Shown here piece by piece: positions 24,222 through 31,102 of a stretch of DNA of 31,102 nt (position 1 is its first letter; each line of letters begins with the position of its first letter). This stretch comes from Candidatus Aenigmatarchaeota archaeon (GTDB lineage Archaea; Nanobdellota; Nanobdellia; Woesearchaeales; ARS49). Made by a program: the position numbers and the translations under genes. The stretch covers positions 1 through 31,102 of the forward strand of contig JACQIC010000078.1 in the NCBI GenBank assembly GCA_016198725.1, read 5' to 3'. Under the pieces are notes generated by a model. That model was not told where the DNA came from, searched no databases, and was given only the letters and a program-made list of their open reading frames with translations.

Positions 24222-26618
24222 ATGAAAGTGTTGTTTGTTTTTGTGATGAGCTTGTTGTTTCTTCCGGTCGTTTACTCTTATGGTGTTTCGGATTTTCCTG
24301 CTCCGTTTGTCATTGACGGTAAACCGCAGTCTAATCTTGCAATTGTTGTTGGTGATAGGGCGGCAGCGTCTGATGTTATTGCCGCACTTGATATTGGGGT
24401 GTTTTTACAGCAGTCGGGTGTTAAGGGTGAGTATGCGCCTTTTCTTTCAGAGGATGCTGTTTCGGTTGGTAGCGTGTCTGAAGTGGTTGCGATTAACAAA
24501 ACATTGGGTGCTGTAAGGCCTGTTTTTACTGAGGTGGATCTTGATTTGCTTAAAGGCGGGTTGATTGTTACGCAGGAGGGAAGCACTGAGTATAACCAGT
24601 ATTTGCGTCTTCCGCAGGGTGGTCCTGCAGGAGTTATTATTCTTGCAGAGACTGATGGTATTGTCGGGCTTGCGCTGGCGTGGGTTGCGAATTTTCCGCT
24701 GTTTACTTGGGAGCTTGAGTTTGAGGAGGGTCTTACGAGCAGGATTGAGGGTGGGAAGCTTGTTGACCTTCAGGATGAGGATGTGATGATTTTGGGCATG
24801 CCGTTTGTTATTGTTGATGCGAGTTATTCGACTGTTACTAATCGGGCGAGCATTACTTTTTTGGGGGGCGGGTTGTCAGCGCTTCTTGGCGAGAATGAGC
24901 GGGAGACTTTTGTTCTTGATGGTAAGGAATACGAGGTTGAGGTTTTAATTATTTCAGAAACTGCTGATGATGGCGACGGCACTGTTAAGTTCAGGATTAA
25001 TGGCGAGATTACTGATGCGCTTGAGGATGGCGAGACTGATTTTCTTGCTGACGGCACTCTTGTGGCTGTGAGGGATATTGTTTCCAGTGCGAAGGATATT
25101 CAAAAAAGTATTGTCCAGTTTTATCTTGGCCCGCACGTCATCACTTTTTTTGACGGGAACGCGTCTGATGACGCGAGCGCTCCTGCAAGTGTGTTGGTTA
25201 ATCTTGAAAGGATGACGAGCAGTTCGTCTTCTATTATGGGGAGTGAGGTTGAGTCGAACAGGACATTTAGGCTTGAAAAGATTAATTATACTTTGTATGA
25301 TGAGAATCTGGTGAGCAGTTCGTTTGTGTTTCCAGGCAAAACTTTGCGTTCACAGCAGGAAAAACAGGAGGGGTTTCTTACTCCTGTTTGGGATTTGGTG
25401 TATCTTGGGCTTGCAGAGGTCGGCGAGACGTATGTGGTGCTTGATCCTGTGGCAGATCATAGTTATGATATTCAGTTCACGAATCAGGAGGGCATATTTT
25501 ATGACATTCCTTTTATTACTAATGACCGTACGAGTGGGAACTTGAAGTTTGGGGATGATAATGACGATCTTTGGTTTTGCGAGCCTGCGAATAACACCAT
25601 GTATCAGGTGACTGATGGTGATTTTTTTGTGCTTTCTAACTGTGATGGTCCTGCAAAGGATGATACTTGTTTTAGTCATGTGCTTCGCTATGATAGTGTT
25701 GATACGACGCAGAACGTGCTTTCTTTTACAGATCTTGGAATGGGGACAAGGGCTGTTGTTTTTGACAATGCAACGCGTGAGGCTGGACTTGTTGCGGGTG
25801 GTGTTTCGTATGCAGTGTTTGTTGACCCTGTGGGACCGCATAATGTGAGTATTGACTTGGATGGAAATGGCGTTGTGCAGGGTGATTGTGCTTATGTCGG
25901 TATTCAGGGTGAGGGGATGTTGTTGTTTGGAGGCAATAATACAAATGAAAGCTCATTGCAGGGTTCTAAGGCGTTTGTGGTTGGCAACGCGAGTAATCTT
26001 ACTGTTATAACTTTGGCTTCTAATTTTGAGGATGCAGGTCAGGATGAAAATTTGACAATTGAGTTTGAGGCGCGTCCGAATAACAAGATTGGTTTGCTTG
26101 CGAAGGGTATCAGGGCGTCTTCTGGAGGGGTTTTTGGTCCGCTTCAGACTGCGCGCAATGAGGAATTGCAGTGGGCTTTGACGCAGTATGGGCTTTGGCT
26201 TGACATTTCTGACCCGCCTGATTCTCCTGAAGTTGTGACGATTGCGTACCCGCTTCAACAGCGTACTGGTCAGGTTTATATTACTAAGAGTCCTTTTAGT
26301 GTTGCTCGGCAGGGCGATGGCGCTTCTGCTTCTGTTGGCTTAAATCCTATAGTTACTCCTGTCAGCAAGCTCGCCAGTGAGGTTGTTGACGTGTCTGAGT
26401 TTAACGCTGTTGTTGTTGGCGGTCCTTGTGTTAATGATGTTGCAGATGTGCTTATGCGGAAGCCTGAACCTTGCACGCTGCCATTTTTGAATGCGAGGGA
26501 GAATGTTACTTTTTTTGAGCATCTGAATGGTAATGTTGCTTTGCTTGTTGCAGGATTGTCTGCTGGAGATACTGAAAGTGCAGTTAAACAACTTTTGTCA
26601 AAGCAAAATTTTATATAG
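24222..26618 (+). CDS. S-layer family protein (Methanococcus/DPANN S_layer_N and S_layer_C type)
   Basis: Signal peptide, then DFPAPFV....LAIVVGDRAAASDVIAALDI; C-terminal AVVVGGPCVN and ALLVAG..AGDT; very acidic; 13 N-X-S/T sequons by my count. Confidence 0.85.
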   Translation: MKVLFVFVMSLLFLPVVYSYGVSDFPAPFVIDGKPQSNLAIVVGDRAAASDVIAALDIGVFLQQSGVKGEYAPFLSEDAVSVGSVSEVVAINKTLGAVRPVFTEVDLDLLKGGLIVTQEGSTEYNQYLRLPQGGPAGVIILAETDGIVGLALAWVANFPLFTWELEFEEGLTSRIEGGKLVDLQDEDVMILGMPFVIVDASYSTVTNRASITFLGGGLSALLGENERETFVLDGKEYEVEVLIISETADDGDGTVKFRINGEITDALEDGETDFLADGTLVAVRDIVSSAKDIQKSIVQFYLGPHVITFFDGNASDDASAPASVLVNLERMTSSSSSIMGSEVESNRTFRLEKINYTLYDENLVSSSFVFPGKTLRSQQEKQEGFLTPVWDLVYLGLAEVGETYVVLDPVADHSYDIQFTNQEGIFYDIPFITNDRTSGNLKFGDDNDDLWFCEPANNTMYQVTDGDFFVLSNCDGPAKDDTCFSHVLRYDSVDTTQNVLSFTDLGMGTRAVVFDNATREAGLVAGGVSYAVFVDPVGPHNVSIDLDGNGVVQGDCAYVGIQGEGMLLFGGNNTNESSLQGSKAFVVGNASNLTVITLASNFEDAGQDENLTIEFEARPNNKIGLLAKGIRASSGGVFGPLQTARNEELQWALTQYGLWLDISDPPDSPEVVTIAYPLQQRTGQVYITKSPFSVARQGDGASASVGLNPIVTPVSKLASEVVDVSEFNAVVVGGPCVNDVADVLMRKPEPCTLPFLNARENVTFFEHLNGNVALLVAGLSAGDTESAVKQLLSKQNFI

Positions 26619-26638
26619 TTGTTTGCGGAAAAAACATT

Positions 26639-27106
26639 ATGCTTTCGCCGTTTATCAAAAAGCTGATGTTTGCGCGTCAGTTTGTGATGTCTGATGGAAA
26701 GATTGAGGTGCTTGGCAGGAGGCAGGTCATGCTTCCTTTGGAGCTTTTGGCTGATTTGCAAAAGCTTAATGAAGTTGAAGCGTATAATGTTATTAAAGAA
26801 GATATCAGGATGATTATGGTTGCTTTTTCTCAAAAGATTGGTTCAAATTCTGCCGGTATGTTTAAGAATATTGAGGATATTTTTGAGTGTTTTGGTTTTG
26901 GAAAGCCTGAGATTGTGGTGCTTGACCAGAGTAAAAAGTCAGTGACTGTTCGTTTTCACGATACTCCTGTTCGGCTGGTGTCTGAGGTGGTTCTTCCTGG
27001 CGCGCTTGCAGGTACATTTTCATTTTTGTTTGGCAAAAAAGTGGACTGCACTTATAAGACGTGTCCTGTTAATGGCTCTGGGTTTTGCGAGTTTAGGATA
27101 GAATAA
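26639..27106 (+). CDS. V4R/HNOB-like small-ligand-binding protein
   Basis: DGKIEVLGRRQVMLP, FGFGKPEIV, LAGTFSFLFG, CPVNGSGFCEF (V4R-type C-terminus). Confidence 0.7.
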   Translation: MLSPFIKKLMFARQFVMSDGKIEVLGRRQVMLPLELLADLQKLNEVEAYNVIKEDIRMIMVAFSQKIGSNSAGMFKNIEDIFECFGFGKPEIVVLDQSKKSVTVRFHDTPVRLVSEVVLPGALAGTFSFLFGKKVDCTYKTCPVNGSGFCEFRIE

Positions 27107-27141
27107 AAAAAGTTTATGATAGAATAAAAAAGAGGTCGTGT

Positions 27142-28437
27142 ATGGCAAGGCTCGTTAATGTAGGATTGGGGTTTTCTGATAAACGGGATGCTGCGCTGGC
27201 AGCGTGCGAGGCGTTGCGTTCTGCTTTGAAGGGTGTTAAAAAGTCTCCGCAGTTGACGCTTGTTTTGTATAGTGGTGATCTTGACCCGTATGTTATTTCT
27301 GAGGCAGTGAAGCGTGAGCTTGGTTCTTTGCCTTTTATTGGCGGTTCGACTGATGCTGTTGTTTTTAATGACAGGCTTTACACTTTTGGTGTTGGGGTTG
27401 CGTGTATTCAGTCTGATTACTTGCATTTTGGTGTTGCCGGCTGTGATGGCATGTCTGTGGAGACTGCAGAAAAGGCAAGGACTGTTATTCGTCATGCGGT
27501 AAGCTCTATTCCTTTGGATACTTATACTGATGCGTACATGGCTTTTAATAGGATGAAGAAGGGAAATGTTACTGGCATAATTCGTATTCCTAATTTTTTT
27601 TGTTTTTTGTTTACGCGCGGGTTTCAGGTTGTAAGGATGGGTAATGAGGACTTGATTATTGAGGGAATTGCTGACGTTATTGGAAATTATGTTCCTGTTT
27701 TTGGTGGCAGTCTTGGTGATCATATGGAAAAGGTGTTTTCGCAGACTCCGTACGAGATTTATACTTTTCATAATGGGAAGGTGTACAGGGATGGGCTGGT
27801 TTGCGCGTTTGCGTGCACTGATATTTTGTACGCGCACTCTTTGGAGCATGGCTACAAGACTACTAATAAAGTTGCGGCAGTTACCGGCATAAAAAATAAT
27901 GGGTTTGTGGTGTCTGAGATGAATCATGAGAACGTGGTCGACTGGTATTCTTCTCAGGTTGGCGTGTCAAAGAGTAAGTTTTTGCAGAATATTTTGTTTT
28001 TCACGCAGAAAAATCCAGTTGGCATTCCTGATGGTTTTGGCAGCATTATCATGCGCGCTGGAGGTGTGCCGTTTAAGAATTATTTGTCGTACATTGCTCC
28101 TTTTAAGGAGAACAGTCCTGTTTTTGTGATGGATATGGTGAGTAAAAAGCATATTATGAAGGCGTGCAGTGTCATTAATGATGACTTGCACAGGCATTTA
28201 AAAGTGCACATGGATCCTGTTTTTACGTTTGTCACGACGTGTTCGAGTCGGCGGGTATTGTTGAAGGATGAGCTGAATAAGGAGGTTGGGCAGTTGAGCA
28301 GGCATTTGCATTGTCCTGTTTTTGGCTTTAGTAGTTTTGGGGAGATTGGGAGTAAGCCGGCAACGCCGACGCATTTTCATCATTTGACGATTAATGTGTT
28401 TACAGTGTATGATAAACTGCTCACAGATTTGAGGTGA
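27142..28437 (+). CDS. FIST N/C domain protein (stand-alone sensor)
   Basis: PFIGGSTD, VPVFGGSLGD, SLEHGYK, VVSEMN, TCSSRR, VFGFSSFGEIG, HHLT. Confidence 0.85.
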   Translation: MARLVNVGLGFSDKRDAALAACEALRSALKGVKKSPQLTLVLYSGDLDPYVISEAVKRELGSLPFIGGSTDAVVFNDRLYTFGVGVACIQSDYLHFGVAGCDGMSVETAEKARTVIRHAVSSIPLDTYTDAYMAFNRMKKGNVTGIIRIPNFFCFLFTRGFQVVRMGNEDLIIEGIADVIGNYVPVFGGSLGDHMEKVFSQTPYEIYTFHNGKVYRDGLVCAFACTDILYAHSLEHGYKTTNKVAAVTGIKNNGFVVSEMNHENVVDWYSSQVGVSKSKFLQNILFFTQKNPVGIPDGFGSIIMRAGGVPFKNYLSYIAPFKENSPVFVMDMVSKKHIMKACSVINDDLHRHLKVHMDPVFTFVTTCSSRRVLLKDELNKEVGQLSRHLHCPVFGFSSFGEIGSKPATPTHFHHLTINVFTVYDKLLTDLR

Positions 28438-28440
28438 AGC

Positions 28441-29670
28441 ATGTTTGATGATTTTTTTGAATGCCAGCTTCAGCAGGATGCGGTGGTTTTGGAGGAGGTT
28501 TTTGACTCGCGTGACTGGGATACGGATGTTGACCCTTTGTCGCTTCCGCATTCTTTTTGGGGCAATATCGCGCTTGATTTTATGGACTCAAAACAGCGTG
28601 ATGTTATGCTTTCAAGTTTTTTCAGGTATTCTTTGAGACGGGGGTTGAAGGTTATGCCGTTGTACGCTTCAGCGCAGTACGCAAAGCTTGACCCTTTTTG
28701 CGTTCGTAAGTTGTCTGATTTTGTGAGGGTTCCTTTGTTGTTGAAAGATGGGAATCTTACTGCCGGTCTTGCTGGTTTTCGTGAGAAATCGCATGAAGTG
28801 CCTGAGATTCTTTTGCCTGCTGATGTGCGTTCGAGCCACGTGTATAAGAGCGGCGGCACTAAGGGTTTGTCAACGCCTACGTACATTACTGATGCTGATT
28901 TGGTTATTGAGGCGTATTCTCTTGCGAGAAGGAGTTTTCTTGCAGGGGGTATGCGTCCTCAGGAACGGTTGTACAGTTGTTATAACCCTACGCACAAAGG
29001 TGGTGAGCTTATCAAGCGTGCTGGTGCGTTGATTGGCAAGAAAACAGTGCTGCTTAAGCGTCCTGAGGATGATATCGTGCAGTGTATCAGGGATTTGCGC
29101 GCGCACAAGATTACAACTATTGCCGCGGTTCAGCCTCCGGTTAGTTCTGGCAGTGATAGTTTTCAGCAGATTAAAAAGGGCACTTCTTTTTTGAATCTTT
29201 TTGAGGCAGACCATTCGTTGTTTGGGGCGCAGGGGCAGGTTAAGAAAGCTTTCGTGACTGGTTATCAGCTTCCTCAGGAGATTATTGCTCTTGCAGAGGA
29301 TGTTGGTCTTTCTTTGTTTACTGCGTGGGGGGCGACTGAAGCTATTGTTGGTGCGACTTCTACTGTTACTGGTCCGCCAACGCGGTTATGCAAGTTTAAT
29401 GCCCAGCATCTTGTTGTTGGCCCTCATTTTCTTGCGGTTGCCAAAATTGTGGATGAGCGTTTGAAGCCTGCGGAAGAGGGGGAGGACGGCATTGTTTTGG
29501 TGAACACTCTTGCAAGGGAAGGTACGCTTTATTTTAATTATGCTATTGGTGATATGGCGCATGTCTTGTCAAAGAGTTGTCCGTGTGGTAGAACAACTCC
29601 TGTTGTTTCAAACATTCGAAGGATAGACAATCCTGCAGAGGTGTTTGGTGTTGGATGCCGGTATGATTGA
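28441..29670 (+). CDS. LuxE/PaaK-like adenylate-forming enzyme (acyl-protein synthetase-like)
   Basis: P-loop YKSGGTKG, TAWGATE, GIVLVNTL, FNYAIGD, CPCGRT, RRID, and C-terminal GVGCRYD. Confidence 0.75.
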   Translation: MFDDFFECQLQQDAVVLEEVFDSRDWDTDVDPLSLPHSFWGNIALDFMDSKQRDVMLSSFFRYSLRRGLKVMPLYASAQYAKLDPFCVRKLSDFVRVPLLLKDGNLTAGLAGFREKSHEVPEILLPADVRSSHVYKSGGTKGLSTPTYITDADLVIEAYSLARRSFLAGGMRPQERLYSCYNPTHKGGELIKRAGALIGKKTVLLKRPEDDIVQCIRDLRAHKITTIAAVQPPVSSGSDSFQQIKKGTSFLNLFEADHSLFGAQGQVKKAFVTGYQLPQEIIALAEDVGLSLFTAWGATEAIVGATSTVTGPPTRLCKFNAQHLVVGPHFLAVAKIVDERLKPAEEGEDGIVLVNTLAREGTLYFNYAIGDMAHVLSKSCPCGRTTPVVSNIRRIDNPAEVFGVGCRYD

Positions 29671-31102
29671 AGTGCGTAATTTCATTAATGGAAAGGCAGG
29701 TTTTGGTTATTCTGGAAGTTTTGAGTGCAGCACGCCTTTTTCTGCTCAAAAACTTGGTGATGAGAATAAATGCAGTAAGTATAGCTTGCCTAATTCTTCT
29801 GTTGCGGATGTTGGTTTTGCGTTGAGTGCTGCAAGACTGGCGTATTCTTTTACTTCAGCGTTGTCTTTTTCACAGCGCATGGATGTTTTGTTGACTGCCG
29901 CAAAAAATTTTGTTGTGGCGCAGGAGCATGAAAATTTTATAGTGGCTTCTACTGGCATGCCTGTTAAGTTTGTCCGCCAGCGTTTTGAGATTGGAATTCA
30001 GTTGATGCTTTGTCTTGCAGATATTTGCGCAGAGCGTTATGGTGTTCAGGATGATATGTTTGTGCGCACTGTTTACCGCGATGCTGCTGTTGTTGGGCAT
30101 GAGTTGAGGTTGGCGCGTGAGGGTCCTGTGAGTGTTTTTCTTCCTCCGAATGACCCTGCTGAGCCATTTTTTATTTTTTCACATGCAGTGCTTTCCGGCC
30201 AGTCTTTGGTGGTTAAGCCAAGTCATGCCGAGCCGCTGACTAGTGTCGTGCTTGCGCAGGCATTGACGCAGGCAGGGTATCCTGATGGAGGGCTTAATGT
30301 CGTGCACTGGAATAGTGCTGATAAAGCTCGCGCTTTGTTGGGGTTTTATTTGTGCCGTGAGACTCCTTTGCGTATAGTTATGGGTAATACTGCATCTGTG
30401 CAGTCTTTGCTTTCAGGTCAGGCAAGTGAAGAGAGTGGCGAAGTTGTTTCCGGCACGACGATTCAGTTTTGTGCGGGGCACACCGCGTGTGTTGTTTTTG
30501 ATGATGCTGATTTTGAGCGTGCTGCCGAGCATATTGTGAAGAGTGCATACGAGTGGACGATTGATTGTGTTTCTGCAAAGACTGTTGTTGTAGTTGGATT
30601 GCAGGCAAGGGATAAGCTTCTTGTTCACCTTAAGGAGCTTGTGTCAAAAAAAGTAGTCGGCAGTCCTTTTGATGAAGCGACAGATATCGGGTATGTTCCT
30701 GCACAGACTCTCTCTGCTCTTGATGAAGTGCTTCGCGGACAGCGCGAGTTTGGAGCTGTTCACCACCACGTGCAGTATAATAAGTTGAGCAGTGTGCAGG
30801 TGGCTCCTGTCTTGTGCGAAGCTGTTTCGTTGAATTTTCCTTTGTTTGGGCAGGAAGCCCCTTATGTGCTTACTTTGTATGTTTGCGCGTCAGAGAGAGA
30901 GCTGCCTGGTGTGCTTGAAAAACTGCGTGATATTTTGCCTGGAAAGCGTATGGGCATAGGTATTTATACAGGCAGGTGCTTTAATTCGGTCATGCCATTG
31001 CTGCGCAAGTGTCATTCTCACTTGGTTTTTTTCAACACGTCAACGATTAATTTAAATTTCGCGCTCGCTCATCAGGATGTTTTCCTGTCAGATGAACTGT
31101 TA
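29663..31102 (+). CDS. divergent aldehyde dehydrogenase / acyl-CoA-reductase-like protein, truncated by the window edge
   Basis: Translated by hand because it is missing from the ORF track: MIEVRNFINGK..., PPNDP, VVKPSHAEP, GYPDGGLNVV, VVFDDADFERAA, WTIDCVSAK, GSPFDEATDIG. Open for 480 codons with no stop. Confidence 0.85.
   Translation, partial: MIEVRNFINGKAGFGYSGSFECSTPFSAQKLGDENKCSKYSLPNSSVADVGFALSAARLAYSFTSALSFSQRMDVLLTAAKNFVVAQEHENFIVASTGMPVKFVRQRFEIGIQLMLCLADICAERYGVQDDMFVRTVYRDAAVVGHELRLAREGPVSVFLPPNDPAEPFFIFSHAVLSGQSLVVKPSHAEPLTSVVLAQALTQAGYPDGGLNVVHWNSADKARALLGFYLCRETPLRIVMGNTASVQSLLSGQASEESGEVVSGTTIQFCAGHTACVVFDDADFERAAEHIVKSAYEWTIDCVSAKTVVVVGLQARDKLLVHLKELVSKKVVGSPFDEATDIGYVPAQTLSALDEVLRGQREFGAVHHHVQYNKLSSVQVAPVLCEAVSLNFPLFGQEAPYVLTLYVCASERELPGVLEKLRDILPGKRMGIGIYTGRCFNSVMPLLRKCHSHLVFFNTSTINLNFALAHQDVFLSDELL

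Noticed and set aside
25350-30628. Long minus-strand ORFs (25350..25841, 26276..26833, 27052..27927 and others)
   Set aside because: Antisense to well-supported genes and without motifs; stop-poor because of the plus-strand codon bias.
1-31102. Additional remote VR copies
   Set aside because: I did not spot the TR constant segments (GAGCGGGCCGTGGTG, TGGCCTGCTCTC) outside the single VR by eye. A computational scan is needed to exclude diverged copies.

Overview
This window most likely comes from a DPANN-type archaeon (Woesearchaeota-like). The evidence is an archaeal-type 5S rRNA, TATA boxes about 23-30 nt upstream of start codons, a Methanococcus-type S-layer gene and a V4R protein. Left to right it holds: a membrane hypothetical protein, queA and an AIF/NDH-2-like oxidoreductase; a surface-glycosylation cluster (three GT-C-type membrane transferases, three GT2, GT9, a Wzx flippase, a B12-radical SAM); and a diversity-generating retroelement (DGR) on the minus strand. 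The DGR has an RT, a template repeat (TR) and a variable repeat (VR) differing only at TR adenines, no recognisable avd, and a structured ~175-nt leader that pairs with the TR-RT spacer. Next come an FAD oxidoreductase, two divergent DUF362 genes, a DPPR-synthase-like UbiA, a nucleotidyltransferase, an unlinked shortened 5S rRNA and an S-layer gene. The window ends with a V4R-FIST-LuxE/PaaK-like-ALDH/LuxC-like run of genes that continues past the edge. Two families of intergenic hairpin repeats recur. Functional calls rest on motifs read by eye; no database search was run.
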